From an uncultured Bacteroides sp. (GTDB taxonomy: Bacteria; Bacteroidota; Bacteroidia; Bacteroidales; Bacteroidaceae): 64,000 nucleotides of DNA. This document shows positions 18,169 to 28,123 of this stretch, in pieces. The stretch is from contig CASFQC010000002.1 of assembly GCA_949296415.1 (NCBI GenBank), positions 23,817 to 87,816 on the forward strand. Reading direction: 5' to 3'. The translations under genes were made by a program, and so were the position numbers. Numbering within the stretch: position 1 is the stretch's first letter; each line of letters starts with the position of its first letter. The notes under the pieces are model-generated. The model saw nothing but the letters and a program-made list of their open reading frames with translations. It ran no database searches and had not been told where the DNA came from.

Positions 18169-19674
18169 ATGAGAACTTTCATCGTTTTTGCATTGCTGGC
18201 GGCCATGTGCTGCCTTCCGCAGGCCAAGGCACAGAGCCAGGGCGACGACTACATGAGGCAGGCCAGGGAAAGCCTGTCGGCGAAAGAGTACATCAGGGCA
18301 CGGTACCTCTTTCTGCAGGCCTTCGGCAAGTTTGCCCGGACCCAGGACTATGAGAAGGCCGTGGATTGCGGAGTGAACGCCAGTGCCTTGTATCATAGGG
18401 AGAACTACTATAAGGAGGCATTCGAAGTGCTCCGCGATGCGGAGGCTGCCGTAGCCTCGGGTGAACAGGCCGGAGGGAAGACCATGCCCGCCCTGCGCTA
18501 TCCCATCAGCAAGGAACGGCTGCAGATGTACATCAAGATGCGCAACCCCTCAAAGGCCAGGGAGCAGCTGGCGCGGATGGCGGACTATGCCGACAAATCC
18601 GGTGTAGACTCGCTGAAGAACGACCTGCTCTATGCGGAGGCCGACTACAGCTATTCCTTTGGACTGGACGCACAGGGCGACCGGGCCATAAGCCAGCTCG
18701 TCAGCAACTACAATGCCGAAAAAGATTACGGCCGCGTGAGGCAGTGTTTCCAGAAACTGATAGGCACGGCTCTGCGGGCCGGAAATGCCGCGCTGGTGGC
18801 ACGTACCGGACAACGCTACATGGCATGGAACGACTCGGTGAACGCCCTGATGGCTGCCGGAGAGCTGAAGGCCTTGCAAGACAAGTACGATGAAAGCCTG
18901 GCCACCATAGACCGGAAGGACAGCACCATCAGCACCAAGCAGTATTTTATCATAGGCCTGTGTGTGCTGGCTGCCGTGCTGGCTGCCGCGCTGGTGCTGG
19001 GAGCCGTGGTGTTGCTGCGCTTCGTGATGCTGACCCGCAAACAGAAGAAAGCCATTCAGACCGCCAACGAGCACAACGAACTGAAGACACGGTTCATAGA
19101 AAACATATCGGCGCAGTTGGAACCCACACTCGCCACGCTTGATGCCACGCAGCCTGCCGTGCAGGCCTTGCGCCTGTTCAGCGCCCACATACAGGAACTG
19201 GCCCGGTTGGAAGACACCTTGGCCGAGCCGTGTGAAATGGAGGAGAAGAACATCGCCTCTTTCTGCGACAGCATTATGGACAAGGTGCGGGACAAAGCCC
19301 GCGAAGGAGTGTCGCTCACCGTCAATGCCCCGCGACTGAACGTGAAGATAAGCCCTGCCCTGCTGGAACGCCTGCTGCTCCATCTGCTGGAGAACGCCGT
19401 GGCCCACACTCCGGAAGGCGGGAAAGTGTGGATAGACTTCAAGAAACGCGGCGCACACACCCACCAGTTCATTGTAAGTGATACCGGATGCGGCGTTCCT
19501 CCCGAACTGCACGACAACCTGTTCAAGCCTTTCAGTGAAGTGAGGAACCTCACCCAAGGCGACGGGTTGGGGCTGCCCATCTGTTCGCTCATAGCCACCA
19601 AGATGAACGGCACTCTGACGCTGGACACCACGTACACCAAAGGTGCCAGGTTCGTGCTGGAACTGCATGCGTGA
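18169..19674 (+). CDS. Membrane sensor with HATPase_c domain and degenerate H-box (histidine-kinase-like)
   Basis: Signal peptide, helical periplasmic domain, one TM; N box LLENA, G1 DTGCG, F LFKPF, G2 GDGLGL; H-box reads ISAQLEPTL (no His). Confidence 0.85.
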   Translation: MRTFIVFALLAAMCCLPQAKAQSQGDDYMRQARESLSAKEYIRARYLFLQAFGKFARTQDYEKAVDCGVNASALYHRENYYKEAFEVLRDAEAAVASGEQAGGKTMPALRYPISKERLQMYIKMRNPSKAREQLARMADYADKSGVDSLKNDLLYAEADYSYSFGLDAQGDRAISQLVSNYNAEKDYGRVRQCFQKLIGTALRAGNAALVARTGQRYMAWNDSVNALMAAGELKALQDKYDESLATIDRKDSTISTKQYFIIGLCVLAAVLAAALVLGAVVLLRFVMLTRKQKKAIQTANEHNELKTRFIENISAQLEPTLATLDATQPAVQALRLFSAHIQELARLEDTLAEPCEMEEKNIASFCDSIMDKVRDKAREGVSLTVNAPRLNVKISPALLERLLLHLLENAVAHTPEGGKVWIDFKKRGAHTHQFIVSDTGCGVPPELHDNLFKPFSEVRNLTQGDGLGLPICSLIATKMNGTLTLDTTYTKGARFVLELHA

Positions 19675-19698
19675 GGGGCGGAGTCGGTTCCCTTATCC

Positions 19699-21372
19699 TT
19701 AGTATTTGAAGCTGCTTCCGCCCAGAAACTCGCGCAGGAGCGAGGTGGGCGGTATCTCCTTGTCTTGTACGGGCGTGAAATATTTGATGAATTTCAGCAG
19801 CCGGTAGGCTTCGGCATACTCCGGACAGTTGCGCGGTACGGTGTTCAGGATGGGTTCTGCCTGACAGCGCAGTACGGCGAACTCGAACAGCAGGGCCGAG
19901 TTGAACATCACATCGGCGTTTTCCTGGTAAGGGAATATCCATTTGTCCTCACCCGCCCTTACGCTGGGCCAGCGCGATATGGTGTCGCGTGCGGAGTATC
20001 CCCGGTAGTTGTAGTCCCGTATGATGCGCCGCAACAGACGGTTGTCTGTGGTGGGTATCCAGTTGTGGTCGTCCAGCGATATGGTGGTCAGTGCCGATAC
20101 GTAAATCTTATACTTCTTGTCGTCGGGTATCTGCTTTGTCAGCTCGGGATTGAGGGCGTGTATGCCTTCCAGTATGAGTATGGTGCGTTCGGTCAGCTTC
20201 AATCTGTCGCCTCTGAACTCGCGTTTTCCGGTGGTGAAGTTGTATTTCGGCAGTTCCACCTCCTCTCCTCTGAGCAAGGCTTGCAGCTGCCGGTTGAAGA
20301 AGTCCAGGTCCAGGGCGTAGAGCGATTCGTAGTCATAGTCCCCGTCTTTGTCCAGCGGGGTGTCTTCGCGGTTCACAAAGTAGTCGTCCAGCGAGATGGG
20401 ATAGGGACGCAGCCCGTCGGTCATGAGCTGTATGGACAGCCTTTTGCTGAATGTGGTCTTTCCCGATGACGAAGGTCCCGATATGAGAATCAGCCTGGGT
20501 TCCTTCCCCTGGTCGGTGCGTTGGTATATGTCATCGGCAATCTGCACTATTTTTTTCTCCTGCAGGGCCTCGGCCACGTTGATGAGGTCTGTGGCGTGTC
20601 CTTCCAGACAGGCTTTGTTGAAGTCGCCCACGTTGCCCAGTCCCATGACGTATATCCAGTGCAGGTTTTCCTTGAACACGTCCAGCATCTTTTCCTGTTT
20701 CACCACTTCCTCCAGCATGTCAGGGTTGCTCTTGCTGGGTACGCGCAACAGCAGTCCGTGGTAGTACCTCACCACGTCGAATAGCCGGATGAATCCCGTG
20801 CTGGGCAGCAGGTTGCCGTAGTAGTAGTCCACGGTGTCGCCTAGTGTATAGTAATAGGTATAGAGCGAGCCGTCGGTCTCCAGCAGCTTTACCTTGTCTT
20901 CCATGCCCTGTTCGCTGAATATGCGCACGGCCTCTGTCGTGTGGCATTCAATGCGGTGGAAGGGAATGTCCTGCCTCACTATCTCGTGCATGCGGCGTTT
21001 TATGGCCTCCACGTCGTCCTCCGTTATGGGACGTCCCAGCCGGAGGTCGCAGAAGTATCCTTTGGACACCGGATGTTCGAAGAGCAGCTTGCTGTGCGGA
21101 AACAGCTCCTTCACGGCCTTATAGAGCACAAAGCACAGGGAGCGTACGTAAGTGCGCATGCCCGAAGGGTCGCGCACGTCGAGAAACTCCACGTCCTTGT
21201 TGTTGTACACTCGGAAATTCAGGCCTTCTGAGCGATTGTTTACCTTGGCGCTGACCACTTGATAGGGAAAATTCAGATTAAATGCATAATAAATATCCAA
21301 AAGACTGGTTCCCGGAGGGAAATCTTTGCAGATATTATTATTTTTGCAACAGATTTGTAACATATGTTTCAT
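19699..21372 (-). CDS. Nucleoside (uridine) kinase with ThrRS-like N-terminal domain
   Basis: TGS/ThrRS-N-like N-terminus, P-loop GPSSSGKT, ISLDDYF, LEGIHALNP, RLLRRIIRD; start ATG 21372. Confidence 0.9.
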   Translation of the reverse strand: MKHMLQICCKNNNICKDFPPGTSLLDIYYAFNLNFPYQVVSAKVNNRSEGLNFRVYNNKDVEFLDVRDPSGMRTYVRSLCFVLYKAVKELFPHSKLLFEHPVSKGYFCDLRLGRPITEDDVEAIKRRMHEIVRQDIPFHRIECHTTEAVRIFSEQGMEDKVKLLETDGSLYTYYYTLGDTVDYYYGNLLPSTGFIRLFDVVRYYHGLLLRVPSKSNPDMLEEVVKQEKMLDVFKENLHWIYVMGLGNVGDFNKACLEGHATDLINVAEALQEKKIVQIADDIYQRTDQGKEPRLILISGPSSSGKTTFSKRLSIQLMTDGLRPYPISLDDYFVNREDTPLDKDGDYDYESLYALDLDFFNRQLQALLRGEEVELPKYNFTTGKREFRGDRLKLTERTILILEGIHALNPELTKQIPDDKKYKIYVSALTTISLDDHNWIPTTDNRLLRRIIRDYNYRGYSARDTISRWPSVRAGEDKWIFPYQENADVMFNSALLFEFAVLRCQAEPILNTVPRNCPEYAEAYRLLKFIKYFTPVQDKEIPPTSLLREFLGGSSFKY

Positions 21373-21468
21373 GCGGTTATTACATGCCGGGAGTTTCCGG
21401 CCGGTTAGTTGCTCTAAAGATAGAGGAAAATAATCCATGGACATCCAAAAGCCTGTTGTATTTTAAAG

Positions 21469-23172
21469 ATGGACTATTCTTTTTATGATTTCTTAAAGCT
21501 GCTTGGGTCGCTGGCTTTGTTCTTGTATGGTATGAAAACCATGAGTGAGGGGTTGCAGAAGTTTGCCGGAGACAGGCTCCGCAACATTCTTACCGCCATG
21601 ACCACCAACCGTGTGACCGGTGTGCTTACCGGAATGTTGATTACTGCCCTTGTGCAGTCGTCATCGGCTACCACGGTCATGGTGGTCAGTTTTGTCAATG
21701 CGGGGCTGCTTACACTGGCCCAGTCCATAGGAGTCATTATGGGAGCCAACATCGGTACTACGGTGACGGCCTGGATTATTTCCGCCTTAGGCTTTCAGGT
21801 AGACATTTCGGCCTTTGCACTTCCGTTGCTGGCCTTTGGCATTCCGTTGCTGTTCTCGCAGAAGAGCAGCCGCAAGTCGGTGGGCGAGTTCATATTCGGA
21901 TTTTCTTTCCTGTTCATGGGACTGTCCATGCTTCAGGCCAATGCGCCCGACTTGGAGAAGAACCCTGAGATGCTGGCCTTCGTGCAGTCGTACACGGACA
22001 TGGGATTCGGCTCGGTGCTGTTGTTCGTGCTCATAGGTACGGTGCTCACCATGATAGTGCAGGCTTCGTCGGCCACCATGGCCATTACGCTCATCATGTG
22101 CGCCAATGGGTGGATTAGTTTCGAGCTGGGTGCCGCACTGGTGTTGGGCGAGAACATAGGCACCACCATAACCGCCAATCTGGCTGCGCTTACGGGCAAC
22201 ACCCAGGCCAGGCGTGCGGCGTTGGCTCATCTGGTGTTCAATGTGTTCGGCGTGATATGGGTGCTGTGTGTGTTCCCCTTCTTTACGGGCGGGGTGTCGT
22301 GGTTCGTGGAGAATGTGATGGGCGTCACCGAAATGTCGGTGGCCGTGCCTTTCAAGCTGTCGGCCTTCCATACGGCGTTCAATGTGTGCAATGTTTTGGT
22401 GCTCATTTGGTTCGTGCGTTTCATAGAGCGTACGGTATGTTTCATCATCCCACAGAAGGAGCAGGACGAGGAGTTCCGCCTGCGCTATATCACGGGCGGC
22501 ATGTTGTCCACTTCCGAACTGTCCATCGTACAGGCCAGTAAGGAAATCCATCTTTTCGCCCAGAGAGCCAGCCGCATGTTCGGCATGGTGGGCGAGCTGC
22601 TGCGCACGGAGAAGGACGATGACTTCAACCGCATATTCAGCCGGGTGCAGAAATACGAGAACATAAGCGACAACATGGAACTGGAGATTGCCGATTACCT
22701 GAATAAGGTGTCCGAGGGCAGGCTCAGTTCGGAAAGCAAGTTGCAGATAAGGGAGATGCTGCGCGAGGTAAGCGAGATAGAGAGCATAGGAGACAGCTGC
22801 TACAATCTGGCCCGTACCATCAACCGGAAACGTCAGACCGGACAGGACTTCACTCCACAGCAATATGAGCACATAGACTCCATGATGAAGCTTACCGGCG
22901 AGGCCATAGAACAGATGCTGGTCGTAATAGAGCGGAGGCATGCGGACCATCTGACAAGCGACGTGAACAAGTCGTTCAACATAGAGCATGAGATAAACAA
23001 TTTCCGCAGCCAGCTCAAGGACAAGAACATCATAGACGTGAACGACAAGAAGTACAGCTATCAGATGGGGGTGTACTATATGGACATCATTGCCGAGTGC
23101 GAGAAACTGGGCGATTACGTGGTGAATGTGGTCGAAGCCAGCTCGGACAGCCGCGAGCAGAAAGGAACTTAG
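21469..23172 (+). CDS. Na+/Pi cotransporter family protein with C-terminal PhoU-like domains
   Basis: VQSSSATT...GANIGTT and VQASSAT...GENIGTT repeats; EIESIGD and ECEKLGD. Confidence 0.93.
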   Translation: MDYSFYDFLKLLGSLALFLYGMKTMSEGLQKFAGDRLRNILTAMTTNRVTGVLTGMLITALVQSSSATTVMVVSFVNAGLLTLAQSIGVIMGANIGTTVTAWIISALGFQVDISAFALPLLAFGIPLLFSQKSSRKSVGEFIFGFSFLFMGLSMLQANAPDLEKNPEMLAFVQSYTDMGFGSVLLFVLIGTVLTMIVQASSATMAITLIMCANGWISFELGAALVLGENIGTTITANLAALTGNTQARRAALAHLVFNVFGVIWVLCVFPFFTGGVSWFVENVMGVTEMSVAVPFKLSAFHTAFNVCNVLVLIWFVRFIERTVCFIIPQKEQDEEFRLRYITGGMLSTSELSIVQASKEIHLFAQRASRMFGMVGELLRTEKDDDFNRIFSRVQKYENISDNMELEIADYLNKVSEGRLSSESKLQIREMLREVSEIESIGDSCYNLARTINRKRQTGQDFTPQQYEHIDSMMKLTGEAIEQMLVVIERRHADHLTSDVNKSFNIEHEINNFRSQLKDKNIIDVNDKKYSYQMGVYYMDIIAECEKLGDYVVNVVEASSDSREQKGT

Positions 23173-23836
23173 AAGCTGTTTTAGAGGGGAGAGGAGTTGA
23201 AAGAAGTTGGGAAGTGGCGTGTCAATGCGAAAGGAAAGTGCAAAATGACACATTGCATTCCTTTAACACTGAGAATCCCCTTCGTTTTGCCCGACTCCCC
23301 ACCTGTTTCAGAACAAACGTTAAATTTTTAGCCTATCATTCTCATATCAAGCGTGATAGCCCGAATTTTAACACTTCACAAGTCTCCGGTTTTTCCATGA
23401 AACAAGCCTTTTTCGGCAACAATCTTTACAGACAGGACAAACTATAGGTCGTCTGTCGGCGGGCAACAGGTGGCTCGTCGGCTGGCAATGGGTCGCCTGG
23501 TTGCTGGCAACAGGTAGTCTGTCCGCCGATTGACCGTCAGGAGAGGGTAAAAACGGGCTTTTTGTTAACATATATATAGATTTTATTTGTAAAACAGCGT
23601 AAATATTCACATCTATAAACTCTTTTCTGGGCGTTTCGAAAGAAGTGCCGGTAAGCAAAAATAGTCAGATGGCGACATTCTGGTACTGAAAACGGCAGAA
23701 AGTCTTTCTTGTTGATTCTTCGCTTTGTCCCTGTTCTTATATCGTCACGTAGCCCGCTGCGCTCCTCATGGCAACGGAGAAATATTCCCGGAAAAAACAT
23801 CCCAAAACCGTACTGTGCAAAAAATGAAACAGGTTC
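23172..23836. mobile_element. Dispersed intergenic element, copy 2, with putative IS5-like TIRs (non-autonomous)
   Basis: Left GAAGCTGTTTTA (after TTA), right TGAAACAGGTTC (reverse complement GAACCTGTTTCA, 10/12 match); internal homology to 654-1110; no transposase. Confidence 0.45.
23442..23529. repeat. 22-bp-period degenerate tandem array, family A
   Basis: ctataggtcgtctgtcggcggg / caacaggtggctcgtcggctgg / caatgggtcgcctggttgctgg / caacaggtagtctgtccgccga. Confidence 0.75.
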
Positions 23837-23927
23837 TGAAAAAGAGAATAATTTTTCTAATGCAAGCGTGTTTGCCGAATTATTATTGTATTTTTGCCTC
23901 CCGAATTAATATACGTGAACAGACAGC

Positions 23928-26582
23928 ATGAATACTGATTTTCAACACAAGGGCCTTACTGACGAGGAGGTTGCGAAGAGCCGTGCCCAGCATGGCGTGA
24001 ATCTGCTCACTCCCCCAAAACGCCCGTCTTTGCTCAGGCTTTATTTAGAGAAATTCCAGGATCCCGTGGTGAAAGTGCTGCTGGTGGCAGCATTTTTCTC
24101 ACTTATCATCTCCATTGTAGAAAACGAGTATGCCGAGACTATAGGCATCATTGCCGCCATCCTGCTGGCTACGGGCATCAGCTTCTTCTTTGAGTACGAT
24201 GCCGGCAAAAAGTTCGACCTGCTGAACACCGTAGGCGAGGAAACTCCCGTAACCGTCATACGCAACGGCAAGGTGCAGGAAATTCCGCGCAAGGATGTAG
24301 TGGTAGGCGATGTCGTGGTGCTGAATACCGGCGAGGAGGTCCCTGCCGACGGCACACTGACGGAAGCCGTGTCGCTGCAGGTGAACGAGTCGAGCCTTAC
24401 CGGAGAACTGATGGTGAACAAGACAGTGGACAAGGAACACTTTGACGAGGAGGCCACCTATCCGTCCAACTCCGTGATGCGGGGAACCACCGTGACCGAC
24501 GGGCATGGCGTGATGGTGGTGGACCGTGTGGGCGACAGTACCGAGATAGGCAAGGTGGCGCGTCAGGCCACCGAGCAAAGCCAGGAACAGACTCCGCTGA
24601 ACATACAGCTCACCAAGCTGGCCAACCTCATAGGCAAGGCCGGATTCACGATTGCCGCACTGACTTTCATCATATTCACAACAAAAGACCTTTGGATATT
24701 CTTTCACGCCAACGAGGTGACCACGTGGCAGCAATGGCTGGACGTGGCCAAGATTGTGCTGAAGTACTTCATGATGGCCGTAACCCTCATTGTGGTGGCC
24801 GTGCCCGAAGGATTGCCCATGAGCGTGAGTCTCAGTCTGGCGTTGAACATGCGCCGCATGCTGAAGACCAACAATCTGGTGCGCAAGATGCATGCCTGTG
24901 AGACCATGGGTGCCGTTACTGTAATATGTACCGACAAGACAGGTACGCTGACGCAGAACCTCATGCAGGTGTACGATGCCCGGCTGGACGGAGCCGACCC
25001 CAACCTCGTGGCCGAAGGCATCGCGGCAAATTCTACCGCATTCCTTGAAGAGAAAAAGGACGGGAACGGCAGACCTTCCGGCGTGGGCAACCCTACCGAG
25101 GTGGCTCTGCTGTTGTGGCTGCACGATAAGGGGACGGACTATCTGCCTTTGCGTGAAAAGGCCAGGGTGGTGGACCAGCTGACCTTTTCCACCGAGCGCA
25201 AGTATATGGCCACGCTGGTGGACTCGCCCTTGCAGAAGGGACGGGTGCTCTACATCAAAGGCGCCCCCGAGATTGTGATGGGCAAGTGCGACCTGCCGGC
25301 CTCCCGTATAGAAGAGACCAACAGACAGCTCCTGGACTACCAGAACAAGGCCATGCGCACGCTGGGGATAGCCTGCAAGTTCATCCCCGAAGACGCGCCG
25401 GCAGACTGTGCCGGGCTGGTGGCGCAGGGCGGGATGACCTTCCTGGGCATATTCGCCATCAGCGACCCCATACGTCCCGATGTGCCCGAAGCGGTGAGAA
25501 AATGCCAGTCGGCAGGCATAGGCGTGAAGATTGTTACGGGCGACACGCCGGGGACGGCTACCGAGATAGCCCGGCAGATAGGACTCTGGCAGCCTGAAGA
25601 CACCGAACGCAACCGCATTACCGGTGTGGAATTTGCCGCACTGAGCGATGAGGAGGCTCTGGACCGTGTGCTCGACCTTAAGGTGATGAGCCGTGCCCGT
25701 CCTATGGACAAGCAACGGCTGGTGCAGCTGTTGCAGAAGAAAGGGGCTGTGGTGGCCGTTACAGGCGATGGCACCAACGATGCGCCTGCCTTGAACCATG
25801 CCCAGGTAGGACTTTCCATGGGTACAGGCACTTCTGTGGCCAAGGAAGCCAGTGACATTACCCTGCTGGACGACTCTTTCCACAGCATAGCTACGGCTGT
25901 GATGTGGGGACGTTCGCTCTATAAGAACATACAACGCTTCATCGTGTTCCAGCTCACTATCAATGTGGTGGCTCTGCTCAGCGTGTTGCTGGGCGCTTTT
26001 TTCGGCACTTCCCTTCCGCTTACCGTAACCCAGATGTTGTGGGTGAACCTTATCATGGACACTTTCGCCGCCATGGCGCTGGCTTCCATCGCACCAAGCG
26101 CGGATGTGATGAACGAAAAACCGCGAAAACGCACCGATTTCATCATAACGCCAGACATGCGCAACAACATCATAGGCGTGGGACTGGGATTCCTTGTCAT
26201 ATTGATGGGATTGCTGGCCTACTTCAAGTCAAGGCCCGACGGATTGCTGCCCGACGGAGAGATGAACGTGCACTACCTTACCATATTCTTCACCATATTC
26301 GTCATGCTGCAGTTCTGGAATCTGTTCAACGCCAGTGTGTTCGGAACCCGTCATTCCATATTCAAGGATGCCAGCCATGCGTTGGGCATGCTGAGTGTGG
26401 CCATCATCATACTGTTGGGACAGATTGTCATTGTGAACTTCGGAGGAAAGGTGTTCCGCACCGAGCCGCTTTCTTTCATGGAATGGGTCTATATTGTTTC
26501 CGGTACGTCGGTGGTGCTGTGGTTCGGCGAGATATGGCGCGGAGTGAAACGGCTGGGACAAAAGAAAAAAACGGTAGGATGA
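23928..26582 (+). CDS. Calcium-translocating P-type ATPase (PMCA-like)
   Basis: ESSLTGE, AVPEGLP, DKTGTLT, KGAPE, VTGD, TGDGTNDAPAL, WVNLIMD; TATTTTTG at about 23889. Confidence 0.95.
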   Translation: MNTDFQHKGLTDEEVAKSRAQHGVNLLTPPKRPSLLRLYLEKFQDPVVKVLLVAAFFSLIISIVENEYAETIGIIAAILLATGISFFFEYDAGKKFDLLNTVGEETPVTVIRNGKVQEIPRKDVVVGDVVVLNTGEEVPADGTLTEAVSLQVNESSLTGELMVNKTVDKEHFDEEATYPSNSVMRGTTVTDGHGVMVVDRVGDSTEIGKVARQATEQSQEQTPLNIQLTKLANLIGKAGFTIAALTFIIFTTKDLWIFFHANEVTTWQQWLDVAKIVLKYFMMAVTLIVVAVPEGLPMSVSLSLALNMRRMLKTNNLVRKMHACETMGAVTVICTDKTGTLTQNLMQVYDARLDGADPNLVAEGIAANSTAFLEEKKDGNGRPSGVGNPTEVALLLWLHDKGTDYLPLREKARVVDQLTFSTERKYMATLVDSPLQKGRVLYIKGAPEIVMGKCDLPASRIEETNRQLLDYQNKAMRTLGIACKFIPEDAPADCAGLVAQGGMTFLGIFAISDPIRPDVPEAVRKCQSAGIGVKIVTGDTPGTATEIARQIGLWQPEDTERNRITGVEFAALSDEEALDRVLDLKVMSRARPMDKQRLVQLLQKKGAVVAVTGDGTNDAPALNHAQVGLSMGTGTSVAKEASDITLLDDSFHSIATAVMWGRSLYKNIQRFIVFQLTINVVALLSVLLGAFFGTSLPLTVTQMLWVNLIMDTFAAMALASIAPSADVMNEKPRKRTDFIITPDMRNNIIGVGLGFLVILMGLLAYFKSRPDGLLPDGEMNVHYLTIFFTIFVMLQFWNLFNASVFGTRHSIFKDASHALGMLSVAIIILLGQIVIVNFGGKVFRTEPLSFMEWVYIVSGTSVVLWFGEIWRGVKRLGQKKKTVG

Positions 26583-26583
26583 C

Positions 26584-27204
26584 ATGGAACCGGACATCAG
26601 AAATCTGCTTATAGACTTTGGCGGCGTGCTTGTCGGCCTTGACCGTGCGCGTTGCGTAGACCGCTTCAGACAGCTGGGGGTGGACGAAGTGGAGCGTCTG
26701 CTCACCGACTACCGCCAGCAGGGATTCTTCTTGCAGTATGAGCTGGGCACTGTCAGTACAGACGACTTCCGTGCCCATATCCGGGGACTGGTGAAAGACC
26801 GCAGCCTGACCGATGCCGAGATAGACGATGCCTGGAACAGCTTTCTTACAGGCATACCCCATGAAAGGTTGAGCCTGCTGCTGGAGCTGCGCAAGCGTTA
26901 CCGTGTCTGCCTGCTGAGCAACACCAATGAACTGCACTGGCAGTGGGCTTGTGTCCATGCCTTTCCGTGGGAAGGGCATGGAACGGACGATTACTTTGAC
27001 CGCATATACCTTTCTTATAAGATGCATCGGGCCAAACCTGATGCGGAGATGTTCCGTCTGGTCATGGCCGATGCCGGCATGAATCCTGCGGAGACTTTCT
27101 TCATAGACGATTCCGCTGAAAACTGCCGTGCCGCCCGTGCCTTAGGCGTGCGTACCTATACTCCTGAACCTCATGAAGATTGGAGCCACCTTTTCAGAGA
27201 TTGA
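26584..27204 (+). CDS. HAD-family phosphatase (YihX-like)
   Basis: DFGGV motif I, LLSNTN, KPD, FIDD. Confidence 0.9.
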   Translation: MEPDIRNLLIDFGGVLVGLDRARCVDRFRQLGVDEVERLLTDYRQQGFFLQYELGTVSTDDFRAHIRGLVKDRSLTDAEIDDAWNSFLTGIPHERLSLLLELRKRYRVCLLSNTNELHWQWACVHAFPWEGHGTDDYFDRIYLSYKMHRAKPDAEMFRLVMADAGMNPAETFFIDDSAENCRAARALGVRTYTPEPHEDWSHLFRD

Positions 27205-28123
27205 GCCTTGCGCCGCCACCATAGGCTTTTTTGACGGGGTACACTGCGGACACCGTTTCCTTATAAACCACCTGCGCCAGGCCGCTTCCGCGCGGGGCCT
27301 GGCCTCGGCCGTAGTCACTTTCCCCACTCATCCATGCAAGGTGGTCCGGCCGGACAGCTGTCCGGCCCTCCTCACCACGTGTGCGGAGAAGGTGGAACTG
27401 CTGGCTTCCACCGGGCTGGATTATTGCATCATGCTGGACTTCACTTCCGGACTGGCGTCGCTTACGGCACGCCGGTTCATGGAGCTTCTTCATACACGTT
27501 ACCGTGTAGAGGTATTGCTTGTGGGTTACGACCATCACTTCGGCCATCCGTGTGGCGATACTTTTGCCGACTATGAACGCTACGGGCGCGAGCTGGGCAT
27601 GGAAGTGCTTCCGGCACCGGGTTATGGCTGTATGGACGGCCGCCGCTTCAGTTCCTCGCTCATTCGGAGTCTGCTGGAGAAGGGCAGGGTAGAAGAGGCC
27701 GCCTCCTGCCTGGGTTACGAATATTTTCTGCGCGGCACGGTGACAGACGGCCATCATGTGGGACGCCGTTTGGGATATCCTACGGCCAATCTCCGGGTGA
27801 ACGACTCCGGCAAGCTGGTGCCTGCCGACGGGGTGTATGCGGTGCTTGCGGAGGTGGACGGGCAGGCGCATGGCGGCATGCTCTGCATAGGGCGCCGTCC
27901 CACTATAGGGAACGGTCCCGAGCGCAGCATAGAGACGCATATTTTTGACTTTGACGCCGACATTTACCACCATGACCTGTGCATACGCTTCGTGCGTTAT
28001 GTGCGTCCGGCCATGAAGTTCGGTTCGGTGGACGGGCTGGTGGAACGTCTGCATGCCGATGAGGCTGAAATCCGTGCCATCCTTGCCGGATTTCTTAATC
28101 AGTCCACTTCTTTAAGCGTATAA
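27173..28123 (+). CDS. ribF: Bifunctional riboflavin kinase/FAD synthetase
   Basis: TIGFFDGVHCGH, VGYDHHFG, SSSLIR, GRRLGYPTAN, GVYA, GRRPT, ETHIFDF. Confidence 0.95.
   Translation: MKIGATFSEIEPCAATIGFFDGVHCGHRFLINHLRQAASARGLASAVVTFPTHPCKVVRPDSCPALLTTCAEKVELLASTGLDYCIMLDFTSGLASLTARRFMELLHTRYRVEVLLVGYDHHFGHPCGDTFADYERYGRELGMEVLPAPGYGCMDGRRFSSSLIRSLLEKGRVEEAASCLGYEYFLRGTVTDGHHVGRRLGYPTANLRVNDSGKLVPADGVYAVLAEVDGQAHGGMLCIGRRPTIGNGPERSIETHIFDFDADIYHHDLCIRFVRYVRPAMKFGSVDGLVERLHADEAEIRAILAGFLNQSTSLSV

Noticed and set aside
23368-23658. 96-aa ORF across the family-A array (and similar ORFs over 11475-11786 and 37305-37820)
   Set aside because: These are translations of 22-bp repeats. The period is not a multiple of 3 and the products have no protein-like features.
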